Shown here one piece after another: positions 22,727 to 34,516 of a stretch of 64,000 bases of DNA (within the stretch, counting starts at the first letter, position 1; every line of letters begins with the position of its first letter). The DNA comes from Neodothiora populina. Lineage: Eukaryota. The notes under the pieces were generated by a model that saw nothing but the letters and a program-made list of their open reading frames with translations, searched no databases and was not told the DNA's origin. The stretch spans positions 744,001-808,000 of the forward strand of contig NW_027191415.1 in assembly GCF_041146345.1 (NCBI RefSeq), given 5' to 3'. The translations under genes were made by a program, and so were the position numbers.

Positions 22727-24900
22727 ATGGCCGCTCCTCAGGCTCAAGGCGGCAATCTCGACCGCTATGTAGTGATCCATGTTGCTACCACGTGTGACGA
22801 GCATGGCGTCTACGTGACAAAAGACTCGGCCGAAGTCATCGAGCTCGGCTGGATTCTACTGGACTCCAAGAACTGCGACGAGGTGAGAGGCTAGCATTCT
22901 GTCAATCCGACGGGCTGTCTGTTCCTGCATCCAGGCTCAGGCTCAGGCTCAGGCCCGTCGCCACGAGAGACGAGACGAGACGAGACAGGAAAACTGATTC
23001 GAGGTTACGCAGATCACCAGAGACAGTGTGCTCGTCAAGCCCGTGAACACGCCTATCACCCCTCTATGCAGTCAGTATCGCCGCTCTGCCCCCTTGCTTG
23101 GGATGCCACACGCGTCATATCCGCCTTTCCTCTCTGCTCCACCGCAGTTGCCAAATCCCCCGACGCTGACACATGGCGGGAAAACAGCTAGCTTGACCAC
23201 ATTGACATGGGAACACGTCCGTAATGCAGGCTCCTTCCGCGATGCCATCAACCGCTTCGACGCTTTTGCTCAAGAGCATCTCATTGCCAACAACTATGAG
23301 TTCGCCTTCGTCACACTCGACTCCTGGGATCTCCGAGTACAGCTGCCCCGAGAGGCCAGAGACAAGGCCGTCGTGCTGCCCCCATACCTGCAGCATTCGC
23401 GTACCTTTGATCTCCGTACAGAATACCAGCGCTGGCAGACACATCATCCGGAGTCTCTACCCTTTGGGTCCAGCGCCCTCGCCAACATCTGTGCCGCTCT
23501 CGAGGTCGAGCCCGTTCAGTCATCCGCACCCATCAAGCACAACCTCCCCTTCCACCTCCAGGCTCTGGCCCCCGCTTCCCCGCGTCGTGCCATGGAAGAG
23601 GCTGTGACTCTCGCTCGCGTCCTGCGTGGCCTGATTCGCAAGTCTCAGCCTCCTCAGGACCACCCCGACGTCCTTACCCGCCCCATGGACGCCCGTGCCG
23701 ACGTCAGGGCTTTCCTTTCCGAGCGAAGCAAGGTCTTGCACATGAGTGGTCTTCCTCACGACACCACCCAGTCTGAGCTGGAGAGTTGGTTCACCCAATT
23801 CGGTGGTAGACCCATCGCTTTCTGGACTTTGAGAACCCCTGACCAGCACAAGCCCACCGGCACTGGATTTGCCATTTTCTCCTCCCACGAGGAGGTAAGC
23901 CTTCGTTTTTCTTTCTTCTTCTCTGTTTTCCTTGGTCATCAAGCATCCGTCGTACTGACACAAATCCACACAGGCCGCCGAGTCTCTATGCATGAACGGT
24001 CGTGCACTCAACGAAAAGGCCATTGAGGTTTCTCCTTCTTCATCGCGTGTTCTTGACCGTGCCGCCGACATTCTCACCGCTTTTCCCCCGAGCAAGAATC
24101 GCCCCCGTCCCGGTGACTGGACTTGCCCTTCGTGCGGCTTCTCTAACTTCCAGCGTCGCACTGCTTGCTTCCGTTGTTCCTTCCCAGCCATGCAGGCCCC
24201 TCCTGATATGTACGGTTATGGCTACGGTGCACACCCTGGCATGATGGGCCCCCCTGGACACCACATGAGCCACGGACATGGCATGGGTCACATGCGTGGA
24301 GGCGGCAGTGGTGCTAACAACGTCCCCTTCCGTGCTGGTGATTGGAAGTGCGGTGCTGAAGGCTGCAACTACCACAACTTCGCCAAAAACGTCAGCTGTC
24401 TTCGTTGTGGAGCCCCACGCTCCAGCGCCGCCATTATGGCCGGTGACCCAAGCTTCCCTCCTATGGATGGTGGTGCACCCTTCCCCATCGCACCTCCATC
24501 CATGGCAGCCACTCCTGGTCCTGCTGGCTATGGCCCTGCCGCTGCCGCTTTCGCATCCGGCGGTTATCTCGGCCAAGGATTTGCCGGTCCACAATCCACC
24601 TATGCCCTCCCATCTGGCCTCGGTGCCGCTTCTTCCCCCTATCCACCCATGAACTCTGCCTACGGCCAGGGTGCTGCCATGCACTCTGGTGGCTTTGATA
24701 GCCGCGCCGAGGCTGCTTTCTCGTCCGCGGGCCAGAACAACAACAACAGCTCCTTCTCCAACGGTGGCAACCTCTATGGGGCGGGGGATGCCAACCCTGA
24801 TCCTTTCAACTTTCTGAGCTCGGGCATCGGAGCCCTGAGCATGGGAGGCGACGAAGCTCGTCGCAACGGTGCCAACACCACGAGCAAGTCGCCCGCTTAA
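22727..24900 (+). CDS. NRP1: Nrp1/Arp-like RNA-binding protein: exonuclease-like fold, RRM and two RanBP2 zinc fingers (introns 22883-23012, 23071-23187, 23895-23973)
   Basis: RRM (VLHMSGLPHDTTQSELESWF..GFAIFSSHEEA) and RanBP2 fingers RPGDWTCPSCGFSNFQRRTACFRC and RAGDWKC..CNYHNFAKNVSCLRC. Confidence 0.88.
22932..22986 (+). repeat. Intronic microsatellites (CAGGCT)3.8 and (GAGAC)4
   Basis: Read directly in NRP1 intron 1. Confidence 0.85.
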
Positions 24901-25919
24901 AGTGGGGGTCTGTTCTCGACACATCCATCATCCACGGCTCATATCTCTTCCGAACCTGTACCAAAATGGTGAAAAAATGCTTGTGTGCTTCTGGTCAAAT
25001 GTAGTCAGCGTCGGCGTCGGCGGATGGGTCGGATGTCTTTTCAAAAATGCAATATCGTCGGGTTTTATGTCGTCGCGGCTTTGTCATAGGGCAGGAGTAT
25101 GGAACATATAAAATGTCGGCAATCGTTGGGGCGTGTGTGCTCGGCGCGAGCATGGAGTGGTTGGGATGGGGTGTTTTGTGCAAAGTGTAGGTGCCGGGGG
25201 GTTTACGAAGAAGCTCTTGTGCCTCTTCGCACCTACCTTGTCCATGTTTCATCTTTGTGCAATGTCCTGTTTTTTTTTCGTTTTCTTTTCTGTCCTTCTC
25301 TTTGCATTTGTGTTTTTATCTGCTTCTGTGTGTTTCATTGGTGCCGATACCAGATCGGTCGGTCTTCTCATAGCGTGGGGGGGGGGGGGCAAGGAAGGTC
25401 GGACAGGTAGCTGGGACAGCGTGGGATCGGTTTGCTGGGCAAAAAATAAAGTGGGAACACTGATTTGATTGACTGACTGATTGATACATCGACTGGGCGA
25501 AAGCGAAAAAACAAGCATCTCGGGGAGGGGTTATAGCGAAGTCGGAACAAAGGGCTGGTGGGGAAGATGGGTTGCGGTGATTGAAGGATCCATCGACGGC
25601 GACGACAACACAACAACACAACAACAACAATAGCTGCTGCATATCCAATGTTTGACAGGAGGGAGTTCAAGTGTTGTCCTTTTGGCGAGAAGGGAGGAAA
25701 AGGGGGCGCAGGCTTGGTTGAATTGATGATGTTCCATACGGTCCCGGCTGGCTGGTGGGCGTGTATGGGGTGTGAGGAATAGTCGAGGCGGGAGCCTTGT
25801 GAATCGCACCTTCCGGAAGGACACAGGGGGAGCATGTTGTGTTACTGTTGATGTCGTCGTTCGTCAATGCTCGGAATTGAGAAAAAGAGAAATCGAAAGG
25901 GTTGCCAATGCTTCATCAA

Positions 25920-25952
<33 letters not shown>

Positions 25953-25953
25953 G
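25920..25953 (+). repeat. (TGTC)8 microsatellite
   Basis: Read directly from the sequence. Confidence 0.92.
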
Positions 25954-26536
25954 GTTGAAAATCAAAATAGTGAAAGTAAAGCTCTTAACTTGTCACTGTC
26001 GTCGGGGTTTCCCCCTTTATTTCCTGTCTTCTCTCCTGTGACTTGTCCTATGAGCTCTCTTTGGTCTGCTTCGCACATACGACGATGAGATGATCGTGCT
26101 TGACATGATAATGATGATGATGGGATAGGCTTAGGAGTAGGATGATGGTGGAAAAAGGTTGTGACGACGTGAGAGCGAAGGAGGAGTGAGAAGGCGAAGA
26201 TGGACAAGCATAGGAGAGCAGGGGCATAAGGCAGATGAACCAGAAGAAGAAAGGACTGGCGACGATGATGTTGATCTCGTCAGACAAGAGCAGACTATTT
26301 GATTATGGCACTGTATCGGGTTTTTCACCGTAGGGGGAACGGAAGGGGGGTATCTCTCTCTTATTATAGAACCCATATACAAAAAGTACAAGGGGGGAAA
26401 AAGGACTGTCGTCTATCATCATCGTCTCGAAATCATCCCGACATCGTCCCAGCATCCATCCACTCGACATCATCCTGGCCTGACCCGGCATGGCCCATCC
26501 GGCCAGGCTCTATTAGACCATGCTTCATTGACACGT

Positions 26537-29500
26537 TTATTCCTCGAGCAAAGAACCCAGGATCAGACTCTGAACAACGAATTCATCCCCGACGATCTTG
26601 ATATTGCCTTTGCTCGCGACCATCTTGCCGTTGTTGACGCCTTTCTTTGCATTGCTTCCCGAGACTGTTGTGGGGTGAGACGACGAGGTCGAAGAAGAAG
26701 TGAATGAAGAAGCTGCGGTGCTCATTGTTTCTCCGCCTCTTTTTCTCTTTTTGCCTGTGCTGCCTGACGACGCGCCGCTCTGCGTCGTCTGCCATCGGCC
26801 TTTGTACTCGGAGACACTGCCAAAGAGGATCTGCTCGGCGTCTGCGACGCTTCCTTCGACGTACACCCACGTCGTTTGCTGGTCGCCATGGGCTCTCGCC
26901 TCTTCTTCCTGCAGCAGATACTTCGCCGCCTCAAGATCCACTACTTTACGCACCGAGCTTGCGCCTAGAGCAACGGTGAGAAAGGCGTATGTTTTGCGTG
27001 CTTCCCATTTGATGGCTTTGTTGCTGGAACCGACGAGCAGCACGCGACCGTGTCGGAGCAGGTGATCACGGTTATGTAATGTCTCGGCGAGGTCTGCGTT
27101 TTTGATATCATAAGGTGCCAGGGTGCGCGAGCGAACGGCATTGGAGAGGAAGACGGATTGCCCGGCAGGCAAAAGGTATCTTGGCCATGAGATTGGACTG
27201 CCTGCTGCGACCGAGTCTATGATCCAGCGTCCGGAGAGACAAGGTAACGAAAGAGCCAAGGCCTGTATATACTTGGCGCGTCGAGAATGTGCATCTGCTA
27301 TGAGAGCAACAAAGCCTAAAGACTTTGCTCGTACAGAGAGCTTCAAATTGTCCACGGAAAGGGTGTTGCCTTCTTCTGTGGGAGCCGGAGACGGCCGATG
27401 CCTGGTGACTGAGGGCGTTTCCAGTTCAGGCGAGTCGTCAAGATCACTCATGTCAAAAAGCTCAGGGAAGCCTTGATCGACAAGGAGACCGCCATGCTGC
27501 TGTATGAGCTTGATCACTAGCTCCTTTTCGGCTCCATTCTCTGTATAGCTCACAGCGAATGCCATTCCAGCAAAGATCCCATCGTGGAAGACCAGGGGTG
27601 GTGCGATCGTGCTGCGGGTCGAATTACCTGTCAGCGGATTGCCACGACGAGAGCGCGACCCTGGTGTTGACGGTGCACGCTGCTCCGTTGTCGGTGTTTC
27701 AAGGCGTGAGGAACGTCCGACATCTCCTGGTGGAATGTAGTCTCTACCTTTGAATTTCACAAACATGGTATGTGTTAAGTATATACGTGTGACCGGTATT
27801 GTCAACCTGACCGCTGCTGTTGATGGCAGAGCCCCATCTAGGAAGCTGCCTTTCTCTTTTGCGGTAATCTGCACGGCTGCATGACCGTAGATATCGGGTT
27901 TCGACGACTGGTCTGCAGAAGACGTATCGTGGGTATCATCTGGGAATCCTGCCACAACATACACTTTATTACGAAGGCCGGGCAGATCGACCTTGACATG
28001 ATCGCCTGGGCGGAGCTCTAGTCTGCGCACAACACCTGACAAGATCTCCGTTGTGGTGTCGTCGTCGAATCGAACGCGGAGTTTTGAGCGGTCGGTCGTG
28101 GAGTATCCAAGGCAGGTGGCAGGATAATAAGCTTGTCCGGTGCCCTTGAACAAAGCAAACACGCGAGGAAATTTAGCTTCTTTAGTTGTGCCCCCCGTCT
28201 CTTCAGTCTGCTCTGCAGCTGTCGAGTCCGTGGCATCGCCTGACCCGCTTGTTGACTGTCTATTGGTAGGGCTCTGGCGTTCTTGAGAGTGACTCAGCTC
28301 CATGTCGGGCTGTGCCTCTGCAATCATAGCCCGTGCCTGGGGCGTCTCTGCTATTTCGTGTTCAAAGTCTCTTGTAGAGGACACACGTGGTGTCTTCTTG
28401 CTCTCAGCCCGAGTGCCAAGTTTGTTCCTGAGCCTAGTAAGCTTGCCTCGGACAGGTGCCCTCAGAGGATCGCTGGGTGTCATAGAGATTGAGTTTGTCG
28501 CGGGGCTGGCTCGTCCGCTCTCCTGTGGAAAAGGTTCTGTGAATTCCGAGATCTCATAAAGTGATCTCGTAGGAGTATGCTCTTCAATTTGTATACTGGT
28601 ATCGCTCGTCGCCTGGGCCTCCGTCTGGATCGGACTCGTCTTAGCTGGCAGTGCTTGGAGCACCGGTACATGGGCAGGCTCGTCTGTAATACGAGGAGGC
28701 ACGAGCGGCTCGGGAGTTGGCAATGGTGGCGGTGATCTAGATTGCTGCAAAGAAACACGCTTTCGCCTTCCACCATGAATCCTCAGACGCTTGTTCACGG
28801 GCTCCGATGCGGACGAATTCATGGCACTGAGATATGACTGGTCTTCCTCGGTCAACACGTTGACGTCTACATCCGCATCGTCAAGGGCATCAGGAGGTGT
28901 AGGGTCGGTGGCGAAGTCTGCAAAACGGAGGATGCCAGCGGCTTTACGAGGACTTTCAGAATCATAGCGAGAGGAACGCGCTTGACTCAACATAGCCTTG
29001 CCCGAAGCTGAGGCTGTCTGATGGGTAGGTGCCGTCTCAAAGGTGGTTGAGTTGGCATTGGCCTGGGTTGAGCCGTGTCCGAGCTCATCCTCGCGTTCCG
29101 GGGGATCTGTCTCCAGCACAGCAGATGTCTGCGTAGTGATGGTAGCAGTAATGAGCGGTGCCTTTACCGGGGAAGAGTGACGTCCAGGGAGAGGTGGTGG
29201 AGAAGAGTGTCGTTCCTGAATAGTCTGGGGTGCAGAAATATGCTCTGATGCAGAACCCGACTCGAGCTGGGGTATGCTCTTCGATCCGGGGTCCTCTTCG
29301 GGAAGTATTGAAGTGTCTATACTTTGATCCTCTGCGACTTGTGTTGAGTCGAGGGGAAATTGTGAGCCAGGTACCACAGAATGGAGGGAAGAGGGGTCAA
29401 GCGCCGGGGCATGCCACTGTCCGTCTTGCCTTCCTGGCTGGGAATCGGCAACAGTGAAGTCGACGTGGTCAGGTTCGACATGCGTATTTGTTTCCTCATC

Positions 29501-31201
29501 GAGACTGTGCGGTGCGGACGCTTGCAACTCCCGTGAAGGGCTGCCAGAGCCATTGCGTAGCCGAGACGATGATCTCTGGCTCGGGCGTACTTCCTGGGCC
29601 AGCTCGTCGTACTCATCGGCAGGATCAGAGGTGAGATCTGGGCTTAATGGATCGGCCGTGTCAACAGCTTCAGCCTCCCTGCTCGCCGAGCGACGAAATA
29701 TGACCCCTGGGATATGCTTGCCGTATGTCGGAGTCCTCGAGACACTGCCTTTAGCGCGTCTTCCTGGAGCGGTGACAGCATCCCACGACCGCAGCGCATC
29801 ATTATGGAGACGAGCATGCTGCTGCTTGCGGGCATGTCTAAGTTGTGCCGAGTCCTCCTCTTCCTCTTCTTCATCCTTGTCGCGCGCATCGTCCTGGTCT
29901 TCGATATCTTGGCATTCGTCGTTTCCAACATGGTGGTCACGGTCCTTGTCCTCGAGAGCCGGTGCCGGACTACTTCTGAGTAATGCGTCCGAGGTGTTTT
30001 GCACTGCGATGCTGTGCGATCGGTGTGATAGGTTGTGTTTACGCTTATCCTGCGACTCTTTCAAGGAAAGATAGACATCTCTCGGCTCCGTCGTGGCGCG
30101 GCCATGCGGGAGGGGCGCATACACTGTGGGTGACTCGAAGAAGTCAGCGAGGGGCGAAGAGGCGTTGCGGAAATCTGGCGATGGGCGAGTGAAGACCGGA
30201 TCTGAGCGCAGATGGTTCTGCATGGGAGAAGAAGCAGCCTGGGTGGCCTGAAAGATCTGTGTGGCTGACATATCTGTAGCATTGTTTCCGAGACCGCCAA
30301 ATGCAGAGATTCCAGAGCCAGGCGTCCTGGTGCTGGCGGCCGACACAGGCTCGCCACGATGATTGCGCTTGCATGCCGCTGTCGCCGGGGTCTTGGGGAT
30401 TGTGTTGGGACGATTGACAGAGCTGAGCAAGTCTTGCGTTTCTCCTCCATGGCGATTGCTTTGACTGTCGCTTTCCTGATCGCTAGAGATCTCGTGATAG
30501 GTCGGCGCCTCTTCTGTATCCGGCCAATGCTGCAGCAGATCGACATGACCCAAGTCGGCACCGTCGCTCATGGTGCCCTCCGGCTGCGTCGTGTACTGCG
30601 TAAAGGGATTGAAAGAAGCAGGTGGGTCGATGTCGCTCTGTATGCTACTTTGCATCATACTCCTTCTGGCGTAGTCTTTGTAGACCTGCGAAGGCATTGG
30701 CTGTGTGTCTCCATCGCAGTCAGGAGTGACGGCGAACGTGGACTTGGGCCTGCTGGGTTGACTGAAGGTAGGAGTGGGTAGAGGCAAATCGTCAGCCATG
30801 GCCATGGCTGGCGCTGACTCGGCTGGCTTCAATCGTGGTAGACTCGTGTTGGGGGAATGTCGAGGTCTTGGGAGACCATGGTGCTGTTGCTGCTGCTGTT
30901 GCTGCGAGAGCTCCAGGGAAGAGAAGTTGTCGCCACTCTGTAAGCGCGTGGCTATCGTCAGTGACCACTTCCTTCTTCTGCCAATTGCTTATAGGATGCG
31001 CGAAGATGGCGTGGGCAAAGAGCGTGTGCAGAGGCGAGAATATTACCGGGATTCGAGATGGAGGATACGGCGTGCATGCTGGACAAGGACCGAGGAAGGC
31101 GGTGCGTCTTGTGCCTGCCTCTTTGGGTGACTTACCTGCATCAGTCGATCATGCAGCTGCGCGATCTTGTAACTTTCCAGGCTGTCTTCGTTCGACGCCA
31201 T
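26537..31201 (-). CDS. RAD9: DNA-damage checkpoint mediator Rad9/Crb2 (53BP1-like), Tudor plus BRCT; exon 1 at 31136-31201, intron 30938-31135
   Basis: SQ/TQ-rich N-terminal half, Tudor region VFALFKG..YYPATC and BRCT region IFAGMAFAVS...HSRRAKYIQALALSLPCLSGRWI...EFVVQSLILG. A 22-codon first exon MASNEDSLES.. joins in frame through GTAAGT..CTGAC..CAG. Confidence 0.88.
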
Positions 31202-31438
31202 GGTGCTACCTAGTACTTCTCCTCGACTACCTGGAGGACCTAGATCAGCAATATCTCTTTCTGCTTCACTGCGACAACATCATGCAGCGAAATACACTTC
31301 CTCGCAATCATAGACTAGGTGCTGCGATGGCTGTTCGTGATGTACTGTAAGCATTCTACCCCAGGCCAAAGTGCTCTGCATTACTTAATCTGAGGCTTTG
31401 GAGACGCATTCGAGCGCCGCAAACATTTGGAAAGTTTA

Positions 31439-31457
31439 ACGCGAAAATGCCACGAAA
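31439..31457. promoter_or_regulatory. Tandem SCB/MCB-like G1/S boxes upstream of RAD9
   Basis: ACGCGAAA at 31439-31446 and CACGAAA at 31451-31457, about 240 bp upstream of the ATG. Confidence 0.5.
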
Positions 31458-31577
31458 TCAATCAATTACGTCAGCTGCGGTTGATTCACCACCTCATCTA
31501 CCAGTCAAGCTCATCTGACATTTATATCGTAGTACCTTGAGCTCTACACTGATGAGATGCAGTCTCTCTAGCCAGTC

Positions 31578-33881
31578 TTACAAAGTCAGCTCGCCAAACT
31601 TTTGTGCAAACAGACCCAATGCCTTGATGGGAAATATGAACTTGTAGTTCGGGTAGGATATCATGCTGTGCAGCGGTCAGTACGGTTTTCATGTCATCAT
31701 CATATCGTCTCGGTCCGGACTTACCAGCTTTTGTTGAAAACACCTTCGATGCCCTCTTGTAACCACTCTCCATTCGCCTGTTGTCGTGACATGATCATCT
31801 TGGCCGCGCGCTCTAGCGGCTTTCGCTCGGTGTAGCCTGCCTCTAGCAAGCCAATAAGTACCCATGCCGTCTGCACCACTTGACTCTTCTCGTGTTGACA
31901 ATAGACTGCCGTTTCACAACTCTTGTAAGTCTCGCCCCAGCCACCATCTGCCATTTGTCGGTCCAGGAAGAACTTGACACCCTTTCGCACACGACTAGAG
32001 TTATGGTACTTTTCTCCCACAGACGCAAGCGATTCGAGCGCAAACATGCCTGCGTAGGTGAAGCAGATGCCCCAGCTTCCGTACCAGGATCCGTCTTCAC
32101 GTTGTGCGCGACGGATGTACTCGACCGCCCGTTGCTTGAACGCTGCAATTTCTCTCTTGCGATAATCTGGGTATAGGCTTGTGAATAGGGACAGCGCCGT
32201 CACTACGGCAGTGGTGCATTCTGGGTAGTCGTATTCCACCATGATTCGTCCAAACACTTCGGCCGCGTTGAGGTACTCGAGGTACTCTGAGCCTCTAGTG
32301 GGCTCATATGAAGAGCAACCGCCCGAAGGATTCTGCATGGTCAGGAGAACATCGATCGCTTCGTAGATTCGTTCGTCGGAAATTGCCTGAGGGAATTGTG
32401 GCAAGAATTGTAGCATCATCACCGCCTTGACTGCCTCCGCAGTACAGTCCGAAACCGTGTAGCCTTGTTCGCGGGTGCTGAAACCCCAGGCTCCCTTTCT
32501 CATTTGGCGATAGGTAATGCCTTCATCCTTGCAATTCTCGCGCATTTGTTGATCCTCCAGGAACTCCAGAGCTTTGTTGAGCATCGGCCTCCACTTGCTT
32601 TCGCTGGCTAGATCAGCGTCAACTACCGCCTGAATCGCAAAAGCTGTGTCCCAGCTCTGCACGCCGTTGGTTCCATTGGCGAGCATGCCTTCGTTCTTGA
32701 CCCAGAGAAAGTCTTCGAGCTTCTCGCGATGCTTCCTCACCGAGTAGCTGTCCGGTCCTTCCTTTATGTAGCAGACCAGCATATTCATAGGTGCATTGAC
32801 GGGAGCCAGATCAGCAAAGTCCGAGTTCTCGTCCTCCCGCTGTACCTGAAAGCAAACCCAGTCTTCGGCGCGCTTCGCTATCGATGCGGTCCTAAACACC
32901 GGGATCCATGCCCAGACCAAGACGAAATTGATGAGGTTCAAGAGCCAGGTTTTCGGGTGGTAGTTGTCTCTCGGGCATATCGAGTTGCGATGCGAAGCGA
33001 AGTCAATGCTGTCGAACGAGTGTGTAAACAATTCTTTTCGTAGCTCCTTGACAAGGTCGTCGGCAGGGTAAGACCACTTCTTAGACCAGATATACGACAT
33101 GGGCAAGAAGACCATACGCATGTGAATCCACCAGCGCCACGGTGCGATCGGCATCCAATCCGGCAGCAACCACAGCTCAGGCGGCACAGGATTGACTATA
33201 TCCCATGGCGTGACACCCAGCACACTCAACCAGAACTTCGCCCAGTGCGGACCATGCGTCGCGCCCCCCAACTTGTGCAATATCGCTCTTGCCTTGATCA
33301 TCCTAGCATCATCCGCATCGGCTCCAAGCAGCCGCATGACGACGTAATTGCTCGCTGTGCCGAACACCGTGCTCTCGCCCTCGATGTGCAGCCCCCAACC
33401 TCCATCGTCGTTCTGTCGCGCATACAGATAATTCTTGATCTCGATCTTGTATGCGTCCGGGATCCGCGTCTTGGTGACGTACCAGGTGATGACAATGCCC
33501 GGGAGCAAGAACATGGGCCCACCGTATTCGCACCCCCAATTGCCCGGAGCGAGTTGTAGTTTGGAGAAGAACTCGAGGCCGTTGCGAGCTGCGTCCAGAG
33601 GCGTTTTGGCCGGCGGCAGGTCCGGGAGTCCCTGTATGTGACAATTGGATTTCAGTACTTTTGATCTCTTTCTCTCTCTCTTTTGTTCCCCAAATCATGG
33701 ATATCCATACAGTAGGTAGACCCAAATGGTACTTGTCAGCAGTCGTCTGCGGCCAAGCCTCCGTCTGCTCTTCGCTCAGATAATGCCATGTCTGACAGCC
33801 GCGCTCGTCGCGCAGCCGCCATCTGCTGTAATCCGTCTTGACATCTTTTCCTGGTCCGTTGGTCGTGCTTGTCGTACTCAT
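31578..33881 (-). CDS. ERG7: Lanosterol synthase (oxidosqualene cyclase); introns 33632-33710 and 31666-31724
   Basis: Catalytic SDCTAE motif, QW repeats ([28 protein letters not shown]) and C-terminal [18 protein letters not shown]. Confidence 0.97.
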
Positions 33882-34516
33882 GTTGTTGTTGTTTTCTGTG
33901 CCCGCGGGCAGTCTTCGAGACGAAAGAGCTCGGAAATTGATTGTTGGCTTACTCTCTCAATTGGACCAATGCTTGGGTATCAGTAGACGTGGAATGTGGC
34001 GCACCGAGAGGCGCGGGTCTTCTTTATTTACATGTGGTTGTGTTTGATTGCTGCATCATTTCTGGGGAAGTATTTATGGTACGATTATAGTAAGGCATCC
34101 AATCAGTCTTGGCAGGCACGAAGCGGAGCTCCAAAGCATCTGGTTAGAAGTCGTGTTTCACAATTTACTATACATCTAAGGGTTCAAGATCCAAATCAAA
34201 CATTTCTGTACTCACTGATAGGAAATGGTACTGCCACACACTGTCGATATTGCATTCTAAGCATTCAAGCACCGAAAGTAAGAACAAAACAAAAGGTATC
34301 ATAACGTTGGTGCGAATCGGCACCCTGACAGATCCCTATCCAAAAGACATGCAGGACGCCATCCGTCATTCATCTGCCTTCGCCTAGCCAAAACCCAGCC
34401 CAAAGTAGAGAAAAAGAAAAGAATAAAAGTACGAGAAGCGCCCGCAACCATGACTCCTATACCACCGCCACTGTATCCTTAAGCAGACCACCCTTGATAC
34501 ACCAGCATTAGCTAGA

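Noticed and set aside
33900..34500. Sterol regulatory element upstream of ERG7
   Set aside because: No convincing Upc2- or SREBP-type match was seen.
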